Positions 1 to 8,578 of a DNA stretch of 39,733 bases are shown here, one piece after another. The notes under the pieces are model-generated. The model did no database searches. It was given only the letters and a program-made list of their open reading frames with translations, and was not told the DNA's origin. The stretch comes from a virus (lineage: Duplodnaviria; Caudoviricetes). The position numbers were made by a program, and so were the translations under genes. The stretch covers positions 1 through 39,733 of IMG/VR virus record IMGVR_UViG_3300043174_000063. One strand, written 5' to 3'. Position 1 is the stretch's first letter. The number at the start of each line of letters is the position of its first letter.

Positions 1-178
1 GAACTACGCCGGCCGGATCGGGCTCGTAAGATCCTACTACGCCTCGCTCCGGACGGTCGAGTACCGCTACGTGGGCGAGGATCCGTCGTTTCGCCCGCTG
101 ATGGCGGCAAAGCTGCGGCAGATGATCCGCGACTACGCGCCCAGGCACGATCCAAGCACGCACGAGGAACGCAAGCTC
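1..178. repeat. Terminal direct repeat, left copy (circular assembly overlap)
   Basis: Identical to 39556-39733 except position 79 (G) versus 39634 (T); implies a circular unit of 39,555 bp. Confidence 0.97.
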
Positions 179-469
179 CAGGAGCTGGCGCGCGCGTGGA
201 TCTTCGTCGACTCGCCCGAGTCGCACGAGTGCTTCGGCTTCGTTTTCATCTGTAACTACTTCGGCATCAACGCCGCCCGGGCGCGCCGCCTGATCCTCGA
301 GCGGAGGCTTGCACCGGCCGGCACGGATGCTACAATAGGGGACGAACCGAAAGGAGGTTCCAATGAAGAAGCACTACTGGCTGATCCTGATGGCGGCGAT
401 GCTGCTCCTGCCGGCGCTCGGGCTGGCTCAGGACGAGACGCCGACCACGCCGGCGGTGGACCCCGATAA
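1..469 (+). CDS. 3' part of a conserved phage protein crossing the circular junction (true start GTG 39554); possible late-gene regulator
   Basis: Frame is open from GTG 39554 (overlapping the resolvase TGA) through the junction: MNYAGRIGLVRSYY...ARAWIF...FGFVFICNYFGINAARAR. Lies between resolvase and lysis genes. Function is inferred from position only. Confidence 0.6.
   Translation, partial: NYAGRIGLVRSYYASLRTVEYRYVGEDPSFRPLMAAKLRQMIRDYAPRHDPSTHEERKLQELARAWIFVDSPESHECFGFVFICNYFGINAARARRLILERRLAPAGTDATIGDEPKGGSNEEALLADPDGGDAAPAGARAGSGRDADHAGGGPR
309..336 (+). promoter_or_regulatory. Sigma70-type promoter with extended -10
   Basis: TTGCAC (309-314), 16-nt spacer, TG at 328-329, TACAAT (331-336); upstream of the AAAGGAGG RBS of the gene at 363. 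Confidence 0.55.
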
Positions 470-734
470 GGTCGCCGCGCTGCTCGTCTTCCTCGGCGGC
501 GGCATCGTGACGACCATCGTCGAGCTGCTGAAGAAGGTGACGAAGGCGACCGGCATCCTGGCCGTCCTGATCACCGGCTTCGTGGCCGTAGCTGGCACCG
601 CGATCTACTTCGTCTTCATCGACCCGATGACGCCGGCCTGGAACTGGCTCTCGTTCGCGCTCTACGCGCTCGTGATCTTCGGCGAAGCCACCGGCTTCTA
701 CCACATCTATCAGCGCAGAACGACCACGACTTAA
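363..734 (+). CDS. Small membrane protein (signal peptide plus ~3 TM helices); holin-like or moron
   Basis: Strong RBS AGGAGG; MKKHYWLILMAAMLLLPALGLA-Q signal peptide followed by three hydrophobic segments; upstream of endolysin. Confidence 0.7.
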   Translation: MKKHYWLILMAAMLLLPALGLAQDETPTTPAVDPDKVAALLVFLGGGIVTTIVELLKKVTKATGILAVLITGFVAVAGTAIYFVFIDPMTPAWNWLSFALYALVIFGEATGFYHIYQRRTTTT

Positions 735-962
735 CTGCTCCGAAGGAGCAAGGAGTCGGCGGACCGACGCCGCGGCTGCGTTTTGTGGGACGCGCGCCGC
801 AGATCGGCGGAGTGGGGGGAGGGGTCGCGGACGTATCCCCAAAATCTTCTGCCGCGGACTTGATTCTCCGCTCCGGGTATGCTACTGGTGCTGGTAGTGT
901 GCGAGCACGCTTATGCGCCAGGAAGCTGATGTCATAAGAAACGTCCGTTCTTCTTCTCCTCT

Positions 963-997
963 GGGGCCGCGCCGACGGCGACGCGGCCCTCTTTTTT
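963..997 (+). terminator. Rho-independent terminator
   Basis: GGGCCGCG (964-971) pairs with CGCGGCCC (982-989), followed by TCTTTTTT. Confidence 0.75.
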
Positions 998-1021
998 CCT
1001 GCCGGCCGATCAGGAGGTCAG

Positions 1022-1453
1022 ATGTTTTTCCCGAATAAAATCATCGTCCACCACTCGGCCACCGAGGACTCGGGCACCGTCTCCTGGCTCGCGATCCGCA
1101 AGTACCACGTCTACGATCTCGGGTGGCGCGACATCGGCTACCACGCCGGCGTCGAGCTTGTCAAGACCGGCGACCACGAGCACTACGAGATCCTCTACGG
1201 CCGGCCGTGGAATCAGGACGGCGCGCACACGATAGGCCAAAACGATCAGGCGCTTGGCCTCTGCGTCGTCGGCAACTATGACGCAGCCGCACCGCCGCGG
1301 GCAGCGCTCGAGGCGGCCGCGCGGATCCTCGCCGAATGGATGCGGCTCTTCCACATCCCGGCCTCGGCGATCCACCGCCACTCGGAATTCAACCCCAAGA
1401 GCTGCCCGGGCAGCCGATTCGATCTCGAGGTGCTGCGGGGAATGCTCGCGTGA
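1022..1453 (+). CDS. Endolysin, N-acetylmuramoyl-L-alanine amidase (Amidase_2 / T7 lysozyme-like)
   Basis: IIVHHSA, GWRDIGYH, GAHT.GQN, GLCVVGNYD, H.E...KSCPG zinc-amidase motifs; RBS AGGAGG. Confidence 0.93.
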   Translation: MFFPNKIIVHHSATEDSGTVSWLAIRKYHVYDLGWRDIGYHAGVELVKTGDHEHYEILYGRPWNQDGAHTIGQNDQALGLCVVGNYDAAAPPRAALEAAARILAEWMRLFHIPASAIHRHSEFNPKSCPGSRFDLEVLRGMLA

Positions 1454-2127
1454 AACGCTTCGTCCCGATCCTCATCGCCTTCATCGCCGGCGCAGCCGCC
1501 GGCGGCCTCCTCACGGCGCTTATGGCCGAGCGCTGGTTCGGGCCGGATCCTGATTACTGGGTACGCCGCGACCTCTACCTTGCCGACTCCGCCGCAGCCG
1601 CCCAGAAGCTTGACGCTGCGCTTGCCGTCATCGCACAGAAGGACGAGCTGATCGCCGCGAAAGACGAAGAGATCGCCGCGGCCGACGCACGCATCACCAC
1701 GCTCCAGGCAACCGCCACTCACCAGTCGGCCGAAGGCCGGCGACTGGCCACGGAGAACGCGGCGCTGCGTGCCGACGCCGCGGCCGTCATAGCCGCAAAC
1801 CCCGCAATCCGCGCCCTCATCGAGAACTTCGACCTGCGCTGCGCGAATTACGAGGCTCAGGTCTTCACGCTCAACGCGACGCTGGCCGAGGAGCGCAAGG
1901 CGCGCGCCGCTACGGCCGAGCAATTCGTAGCCGCCACCTTCCAAGTCGCTCAGCTGCGCGCTGCCCTCGACGAACAGATCCGGCTCCGCGCCGTCTGCGA
2001 TATGCTGCGCACGGAGAACGAGCGCCGGCTCAGCGGATCCAAATTCTGGGCGACCACCGGCAAGGTACTTACGCTGACAGGGGTTATCTGGGGGGGAATC
2101 ACCATAGCGAAAGGAAAGAATGGATGA
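1450..2127 (+). CDS. Membrane-anchored coiled-coil protein, spanin-like
   Basis: GTG 1450 overlaps endolysin stop (GTGA); N-terminal TM, long Ala/Glu/Arg heptad region, hydrophobic C-terminus. Confidence 0.55.
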   Translation: MKRFVPILIAFIAGAAAGGLLTALMAERWFGPDPDYWVRRDLYLADSAAAAQKLDAALAVIAQKDELIAAKDEEIAAADARITTLQATATHQSAEGRRLATENAALRADAAAVIAANPAIRALIENFDLRCANYEAQVFTLNATLAEERKARAATAEQFVAATFQVAQLRAALDEQIRLRAVCDMLRTENERRLSGSKFWATTGKVLTLTGVIWGGITIAKGKNG

Positions 2128-2495
2128 ACGTTCCCCAACCGATTGTCGACGCCGGCGGAATCGCGATTGTCGTCTTCCTGATCGCCGCCATCGTCTACGC
2201 GATACTCAAGATCGTCCAAACCGTGAAAAGCGGATCCTCGAAAAACAGCAACGGCGAGCGCCTGCCGCGCTGCTACGCCTCTCCCATCGTCGCGCAGCTT
2301 GCGGCCACCCAAGCACAAACCAGCCACAACATCGAAAAGATGGAAACCGCCGGCGCTGAAATAAGCCAGAATATGGCGCTCCAAACCTCCCTCCTTGCAC
2401 GCGTCGCCGCCGTCCAAGAACGCCTCAGCGAGCTTCTCGTGAAAATGAACGCCAGAGACGAAGCACGCACCACCACACTCGGACGCAGAGGCTAA
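2124..2495 (+). CDS. Putative holin or lysis accessory protein (one N-terminal TM plus coiled coil)
   Basis: GGIAIVVFLIAAIVYAILKI hydrophobic helix; ATGA overlap; between lysis and packaging genes. Confidence 0.5.
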   Translation: MNVPQPIVDAGGIAIVVFLIAAIVYAILKIVQTVKSGSSKNSNGERLPRCYASPIVAQLAATQAQTSHNIEKMETAGAEISQNMALQTSLLARVAAVQERLSELLVKMNARDEARTTTLGRRG

Positions 2496-2500
2496 CGCCA

Positions 2501-3070
2501 GTGAGAAAGAATCACGCACTCTCCAAGCGCCAGCTCGCCTTCATCCGCGAATACCTCAAAGACTTCAACGGAACCCGCGCCGCCCGCGCCTCCGGCTTCC
2601 GAGGCTCCTCCGCTCCCCAGTACGCCTACGATCTCCTGAAGAAGCCTCAAGTCCAGGCCGCACTGGCGGCCGCGCTGGCCGAGATCGCGGGCAAGACCGG
2701 CATCACGGCCGAGCGGGTGATCCGCGAGCTGGGGGTGGTGGCCTTCGCTGATCTCAAGGACTATCTCGACATCGACCCCGACACCGGCTGCGTGCGCGCG
2801 AAGGGCTGGGAGCAGATCCCCGAGGATGCCTCCCGGGCGCTTGCCGCCATCACGGAGGATCGCTCAATCCGCGAGGATGCCCGGGGGGAGCAGACGATCC
2901 TCTTCTCGAAGGTCACCTTCAAGATGAACGACAAGCTGCGGGCGCTTGAGCTGCTCGGGAAGTACTTCCTGCTCTTCCGCGAGCGGATCGAGCACTCGGG
3001 CATCGACGGCGGCCCGATCCGCTTCGACTTCGGCACAAACGGCAACGGCAGCGAGGAGAACGGTGGGTGA
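2501..3070 (+). CDS. terS: Terminase small subunit
   Basis: LSKRQLAFIREYLKDFNGTRAARASGF HTH, ITAERVIREL..VAF.D and DKLRALELLGK motifs; directly upstream of terL. Confidence 0.93.
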   Translation: MRKNHALSKRQLAFIREYLKDFNGTRAARASGFRGSSAPQYAYDLLKKPQVQAALAAALAEIAGKTGITAERVIRELGVVAFADLKDYLDIDPDTGCVRAKGWEQIPEDASRALAAITEDRSIREDARGEQTILFSKVTFKMNDKLRALELLGKYFLLFRERIEHSGIDGGPIRFDFGTNGNGSEENGG

Positions 3071-4269
3071 TCGTCCAGGGATTCGTTCCGCGCGGCGGGC
3101 AATCCGAGGTGATGGCGGCCACCGAGCGGTTCCTCTCGGTGGATGCCGGCCGGCGATGGGGGAAGTCGATTATGGGGTTGAATTGGTGCCTCGAGGGGAT
3201 CTTCAACCACGGCGGCCCCGTGGCGTGGATCTCCCCCATCTGGGCGCAGGCGAAAAGCGCATACCTGCGGCTGCTCCAGGCGGCCCGCAAGGGTGGCGGC
3301 GCTGCGCTTATCAAGGCAAAGTCAGACACAGAGCTGCGGATCGTCTTCGTCAACGGCGAGCTGCTGGAATTCAAGTCGGGCGAGAAGCCGGACAATCTGC
3401 GCGGCGAGGGGTGGAGGCGAGTCGTGATTGACGAGGCTGCCCGCTGCCGCAAGGAGCTTTGGGAGGAAGTGGTGCGGCCGGCCGTCAGCGACACGGGCGG
3501 GCGCGTGATGTTCCTCTCGACGCCGAAGGGGAAGAACTGGTTCTACGAGATGTGGTCGCGCGGCGCGGATCCGGCTTTCCCGGCCTTCCGCTCCTGGCGC
3601 TTCCCTACGGCAGACAACCCGAAGGTGCCGGCCGAGGACATCGAGCAGGCGCGGCTGGCGCTGCCGGCCGACGTCTTCGCCCAGGAATACCTGGCCGAAT
3701 TCCTCGAGAACAACGCCGGCGTCTTCCGAGGCGTGCGCGATGCTATCGGCAGCGAGGAGGAGGATCCACGCGAGGGCGGCGAGTACTACGCCGGCCTCGA
3801 CCTTGCGCGCCTGACCGACTTCACGGTGCTGACGATCCTCGACGGCGAGGGCCGGCAGGTCTACCACGACCGATTCAACACGCTCGACTGGGCAGTGCAG
3901 AAGCAGCGCATCATCTCGACGATTGAGCGCTACGATGCTCGGCTGCTGATAGACAGCACCGGGATCGGCGACCCGATCTACGACGACCTCGCCCGGGCCG
4001 GCCTGGTTTGCGAGGGGTACAAATTCGACAATCAGTCGAAGAAGCGCCTGATCGAGGCGCTGATGATGGGCTTCGAGCAACGCCGGATCCGGCTGCTCGA
4101 CATCGCCGAGCAGACGAACGAGCTTGAGATCTTCGAGTATGAGATCGGCAAGAGCGGCATCGTGCGCTACTCTGCGCCAGAAGGATACCACGACGACTGC
4201 GTCATCGCCCTCGCGCTCGCCTACTGGCACCTGCGGCCCGGGCGCGTGGAGCCGCGGATCTACTTATGA
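3067..4269 (+). CDS. terL: Terminase large subunit
   Basis: Walker A GRRWGKS, Walker B VVIDEAA, STPKGKNWFY, QEYLAEF; nuclease motifs GLDLAR..DFT and HDDCVIALALA. Confidence 0.96.
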   Translation: MIVQGFVPRGGQSEVMAATERFLSVDAGRRWGKSIMGLNWCLEGIFNHGGPVAWISPIWAQAKSAYLRLLQAARKGGGAALIKAKSDTELRIVFVNGELLEFKSGEKPDNLRGEGWRRVVIDEAARCRKELWEEVVRPAVSDTGGRVMFLSTPKGKNWFYEMWSRGADPAFPAFRSWRFPTADNPKVPAEDIEQARLALPADVFAQEYLAEFLENNAGVFRGVRDAIGSEEEDPREGGEYYAGLDLARLTDFTVLTILDGEGRQVYHDRFNTLDWAVQKQRIISTIERYDARLLIDSTGIGDPIYDDLARAGLVCEGYKFDNQSKKRLIEALMMGFEQRRIRLLDIAEQTNELEIFEYEIGKSGIVRYSAPEGYHDDCVIALALAYWHLRPGRVEPRIYL

Positions 4270-4279
4270 GGAGATGCCG

Positions 4280-6415
4280 ATGGCGATGAGAATACCTCCA
4301 ATCCTGATGCGGCCGCTGCTGCGGCTGATCGCGAAGGAGAACCCGGCGTGGCGGCCGATCCTCGCCTACTACGGGATGAACCAGGTACAGTACACGCCGA
4401 AGGACTACCGCATCCTGACCGAGGCCGGCTATCAGAACGTCGCGGCCGTCTACAACTGCGTGGCTCAGATCTCGCGCGGCGCTGCCGGGATCGACTGGGT
4501 GGTGCAGAAGAAGCAGGGCGACAAATGGATGAACGTCCCCGATCACCCGCTCCTGGTGCTGCTGCGCCGGCCGAACGAGTTTGACGGCAAGAGCCGGTTC
4601 AACGAGAAGGTGGTGGCCTACAAGCTGCTCAGCGGCAACAGCTACGTGCTGCGGGTCGGGCTCGGATCGCAGCCGCCTCGCTTCCTCTACCCGCTGCGGC
4701 CGGATCGGGTGCAGATCAAGACGGGGACGCCGAAGAACTACATCTCGGCCTACCGCTACACGGTGTGCGGCAACTTCGACGACTACTCACCCGAGGAGGT
4801 GCTGCACCTTACGGAATTCCACCCCACCGATGACTTCCTCGGGCTCAGCCGGCTCGAGGTGGCATCGAAGGCAATCGACATCAGCAACTGGGCAATGGAG
4901 TGGAACCTGAAGCTGCTCCAGAACGATATGAGGCCGCCCGGGGCCGTCGTCGTCGACGGGACGCTGACGAAGCAGCAGCGCGAGCAGATGAGGACGGATC
5001 TGCGGCAATATCAGGGCGCGGAGCACGCCGGCTCCATTCCGATCTTCGAGGGAGGATCCGATTGGCGGCAGCTTTCGCTCGCACCGAAGGATATGGACTG
5101 GCTGAACTCGGAGAAGTACAACCTGCGCCGGATCTGCGCGATTTTCAACGTCGACAGCTGCCTCGTGGGCGATCAAGAGTACGCCACCTATTCCAACAAA
5201 CAGGAGGCGCGCAAGGCGCTTTACCACGAGGCGATCCTCCCCGAGATGGATATGATGCGCGACGAGTACAACAATTGGCTCGTCCCCTCCTTCGGCGACA
5301 ACATCCGGCTCGACTATGATCGGGACGCCATCGAGGCCATCCAGGAGGATCGGCAGAAGAAATTCTCTTACCTCGCGCAGGCCGATTGGATGCGGATCAA
5401 CGAGAAGCGCGAGGACTGCGGCCTCGAGCCGCTCGGCGAGGAGGGCGAAGTGGTGCTCGTGCCTATGGGCAAGGTGCCGCTCGAGATGGTGGCCGAGGGG
5501 CCGGAGGAGACAGAGATCGAGGAGGAGGAGACGACGCCGGAGGGCACGAAGAGGATCCGGCGCTACAAGGCGAAGCTGACGACGCTGCGGCCGGCGCACA
5601 AGACGACAGCGCCGCAGGCCGGCAAGAGCTTCTGGACGAAAGCGGAGCGCAAGCGCACGCTCTGGGACAACTTCGTGCTGCGCGTCAAGGCGAACGAGGT
5701 GCCGCTGCGGGTGGCCGTCAAGCGGTTCCTCGGGGCGCAAGCTGCCCGGGCAGCGAAGGCAGCCGCGGCGGCCCCGGGCGCGAGGATCCTGGACCTCGCC
5801 TACGAGGCCGAGCAGTATGCGAAGGCCACGATGCCGGCCTACCGGGAGATCTATCGGCGCGCCGGCGAGGCCGGCCTGCGGGCATCGAAAGGCTCGCTCT
5901 TTATGCCCGACGAGAAGGCCGAGATCTTCCAGGCCTACCCCGACGCAGAAAAGCGGCTTTACCAGATGGTCGTCAAGAGCGGCACGCGGCTCTCCGAGAC
6001 CACGATGGAGAAGGTGCTGGACATAATGTCTTCGGGCGAGGGCGAGGGGTTGACGGTCGACGAGATGGCCGGGATGATCCGCGCCTCGCTCGGGGAGCTG
6101 GAGCCGTGGCGCACGCGGCTGATCGCCCGCACCGAGGCGGCAAAGGTCGAGAACTGGGCGCAGGTCGAGGGGTACAAACAGGCGGAGTTTGTGGAGCGGA
6201 AGGGCTGGCTCTGCGCCTTCGTCGAGGATAGCCGGGAGGCGCACATCCAGGCCGATCAGACCTACCGGGAGAACACGATTCCGCTCGATATGCCCTTCGA
6301 GGTCGACTCGGAGCTGCTCCAATATCCCGGGGATCCGGCCGGCAGTCCCGGCAACATTTGTAACTGTCTCTGCACGACCTTCCCCGAGGTCGTCGAGATT
6401 GAGGGAGGCGAATGA
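4280..6415 (+). CDS. HK97-family portal protein fused to a MuF/SPP1 gp7-like head morphogenesis domain
   Basis: Portal motifs (VYNCV, LL.RPN, LLSGNSY, LRPDRV, GLSRL, RINEKRE..GLEP), then MuF motifs (LIARTE, KGW, REAH, YPGDP.GSPGNICNCLC) in one frame; start chosen from GAGGAG RBS. Confidence 0.9.
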   Translation: MAMRIPPILMRPLLRLIAKENPAWRPILAYYGMNQVQYTPKDYRILTEAGYQNVAAVYNCVAQISRGAAGIDWVVQKKQGDKWMNVPDHPLLVLLRRPNEFDGKSRFNEKVVAYKLLSGNSYVLRVGLGSQPPRFLYPLRPDRVQIKTGTPKNYISAYRYTVCGNFDDYSPEEVLHLTEFHPTDDFLGLSRLEVASKAIDISNWAMEWNLKLLQNDMRPPGAVVVDGTLTKQQREQMRTDLRQYQGAEHAGSIPIFEGGSDWRQLSLAPKDMDWLNSEKYNLRRICAIFNVDSCLVGDQEYATYSNKQEARKALYHEAILPEMDMMRDEYNNWLVPSFGDNIRLDYDRDAIEAIQEDRQKKFSYLAQADWMRINEKREDCGLEPLGEEGEVVLVPMGKVPLEMVAEGPEETEIEEEETTPEGTKRIRRYKAKLTTLRPAHKTTAPQAGKSFWTKAERKRTLWDNFVLRVKANEVPLRVAVKRFLGAQAARAAKAAAAAPGARILDLAYEAEQYAKATMPAYREIYRRAGEAGLRASKGSLFMPDEKAEIFQAYPDAEKRLYQMVVKSGTRLSETTMEKVLDIMSSGEGEGLTVDEMAGMIRASLGELEPWRTRLIARTEAAKVENWAQVEGYKQAEFVERKGWLCAFVEDSREAHIQADQTYRENTIPLDMPFEVDSELLQYPGDPAGSPGNICNCLCTTFPEVVEIEGGE

Positions 6416-7389
6416 TGGCCGAGATGAGGGAGGAAAAAACCTTCAAGTTCGCGCTTCAAGAGCACGACGAGCGCGGCACCTTCAAGGGGTATGCCTCGGT
6501 TTTCGGGGTCGTCGACAGCTATCGCGACGTCGTGGATGCCGGCGCTTTCAAGAAATCGCTCAAGGACAACAAGCACTTCCCGATGCTCTGGTCGCACGAT
6601 CAATACGAGCCTATCGGCATCGTGATGGGGGAGGAGGACGAGAAGGGTCTGCGGATCGAGGGTCACTACAATATGGACGTTCCGCGGGCCGTTCAGACGC
6701 GGAGCCTCGCGATCCAGGGCGCAGTCAACGGCCTGAGCATCGGCTTCACGACGGTGCGCGAGGCCTACGACAAGGACGCGAATGTCCGCCACCTGCGCGA
6801 GGTCAAGCTCTACGAGATCTCGCCGTGCGTCTTCCAGGCCTGCCCGGGCGCGCTGATCGCGGCGACCAAGATGTCGGATCTCGAGCAGAAGCCGTACCCG
6901 AACGAGCACGCGGCGCGGATCCAATCGCCCGACAAGTACGACGACTTCCGGCGGGCAAAGGACGGCAAGGTCTGGGGGAAGGACATCCCCGAGACGGTGG
7001 GCGTGATCTGGGGGCATCCGAAGGGCAGCGAGAGCGGCGACTGGGAGCCGCAGGCGCTCCGCTTCCCCACCTCCGCGTGGACAGCTGCGGAGGCGCGCGC
7101 GTGGCTGAAGGCAAACGACATCAAATACATCGCTTTCGAGCCGGCTGCGAAGTCGCTCGAGGGCATCGCAGAGGAACTCCTCGGGCTCCGCGCTCGAGGA
7201 TCCGTGACACCACAAGAGAAGACGCTGCTCCGGCAGGCAGCCGCAGACATAGTAGCACTCCTCGACGGCGACGGGCCGGGAGAACCACCCGCCGCCGGAG
7301 GGAGCCGCGAACAGAAGGACAGAGCCGCGATTTGCACTCTGCTCGACGGTCTGCGCGGCGGCTACGAGCAGCTTCGTCAAAAAATCTGA
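6412..7389 (+). CDS. HK97-family prohead protease with C-terminal extension
   Basis: FKGYASVFGVVDSY.D, MLWSHD...PIG, GLSIGF, L.EVKLYEIS.CVF.A motifs. Confidence 0.92.
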   Translation: MMAEMREEKTFKFALQEHDERGTFKGYASVFGVVDSYRDVVDAGAFKKSLKDNKHFPMLWSHDQYEPIGIVMGEEDEKGLRIEGHYNMDVPRAVQTRSLAIQGAVNGLSIGFTTVREAYDKDANVRHLREVKLYEISPCVFQACPGALIAATKMSDLEQKPYPNEHAARIQSPDKYDDFRRAKDGKVWGKDIPETVGVIWGHPKGSESGDWEPQALRFPTSAWTAAEARAWLKANDIKYIAFEPAAKSLEGIAEELLGLRARGSVTPQEKTLLRQAAADIVALLDGDGPGEPPAAGGSREQKDRAAICTLLDGLRGGYEQLRQKI

Positions 7390-7402
7390 AAGGAGACACT
7401 TC

Positions 7403-8566
7403 TTGGAAGACAGCGACATCCAGAAGAAGATCGGCGAACTGAACGCCGAACACAACAAGCTCCTGCACGACGTCCAGCAGAAGTGGGACGATCAGCTGAA
7501 GGGGCGCGTCACGATGGACTCGTTCCAGGAGTTCGAGCGCAAGCTCGACGCTCGCTGGGCAGTCATCGAGAGCGAGATCCTCAAGCTGAAGAGACCCGGG
7601 CACGGGCAGGAGACCAAGACCGAGCAGCGCGCGGCCGAGCGGAAGGCTTTCGAGACCTACATCCGCAAGGGTGAGGTCGGGCCGGAAGAGCGGAAGGTGC
7701 TGACGGTCAGCGGCGACACGGGCGGCGGCTACCTCGCGCCCGAAGAGTACGTCGCCGAGATCATCAAGGGCATCGTTCTCTACTCGCCCATCCGCACGGT
7801 GGCGCGGATCCGCACGACCTCGCAGAGATCCGTGCGCGTCCCGAAGCGGACCGGCACGTTCGCCGCGGCCTGGGTCTCGGAGATCGGGACGCGGAGCGAG
7901 TCGACCGGCCTGACCTACGGGCTCGAGGAGATCCCGAACCACGAACTCTACGCGCTCGTCAAGATCAGCCTCCAGGAGCTGGAGGATTCGGCCTTCAATA
8001 TGGAGTCCGAGATCGCCGCCGAGTGCTCCGAGCAATTCGGGGTCGCCGAGGGCACGGCCTTCATCACCGGCAACAAGGTCGGGAAGCCGGAGGGCATCCT
8101 CAGCAACGCCTCCGTTCTGGGGAACTTCATCGAGACGGCCGGCAGCAACGTCATCGCCGGCGACGATCTGATCGGCGTGCAGCAGGCGCTCCCCTCGACC
8201 TACACCCCCGGCGCGGCTTGGCTGATGAAGCGCGCCACGGTGGGCGTCATCCGCAAGATCAAGGAGTCCACCACAAACGCCTATATGTGGCAGCCGGGGC
8301 TCCAGTCGGCTCAGCCGCCGATGCTGCTCGGATCGCCGGTCATCGAGTGCGTCGATATGCCCTCGGGGCTGGTCGACAACCAGTACGAGGTGGTCTACGG
8401 CAACTTCGCCAAAGGCTACCTCATCGTGGATCGCATCGACATCGCGATGCTCCGCGACCCCTACTCGGGCAAGACCAGCGGCACGCTCGAGATCTCGGCC
8501 CGCAAGCGGGTCGGCGGCCAGGTCGTCCTGGCCGAGGCCATCATCCCCCTCAAGATCAAGGCGTAA
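7403..8566 (+). CDS. Major capsid protein, HK97 fold
   Basis: TTG start after AAGGAG; N-terminal coiled-coil scaffold, GGYLAPEE, AAWVSE, AFITGN..GKPEGIL, YMWQPG, LLGSPV, YGNF..GY.IVDR, KRVGG. Confidence 0.95.
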   Translation: MEDSDIQKKIGELNAEHNKLLHDVQQKWDDQLKGRVTMDSFQEFERKLDARWAVIESEILKLKRPGHGQETKTEQRAAERKAFETYIRKGEVGPEERKVLTVSGDTGGGYLAPEEYVAEIIKGIVLYSPIRTVARIRTTSQRSVRVPKRTGTFAAAWVSEIGTRSESTGLTYGLEEIPNHELYALVKISLQELEDSAFNMESEIAAECSEQFGVAEGTAFITGNKVGKPEGILSNASVLGNFIETAGSNVIAGDDLIGVQQALPSTYTPGAAWLMKRATVGVIRKIKESTTNAYMWQPGLQSAQPPMLLGSPVIECVDMPSGLVDNQYEVVYGNFAKGYLIVDRIDIAMLRDPYSGKTSGTLEISARKRVGGQVVLAEAIIPLKIKA

Positions 8567-8578
8567 AGGAGGTACACC

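Noticed and set aside
4124-4279. Extended N-terminus of portal ORF
   Set aside because: Overlaps terL; the RBS supports a start at 4280 (or 4274)
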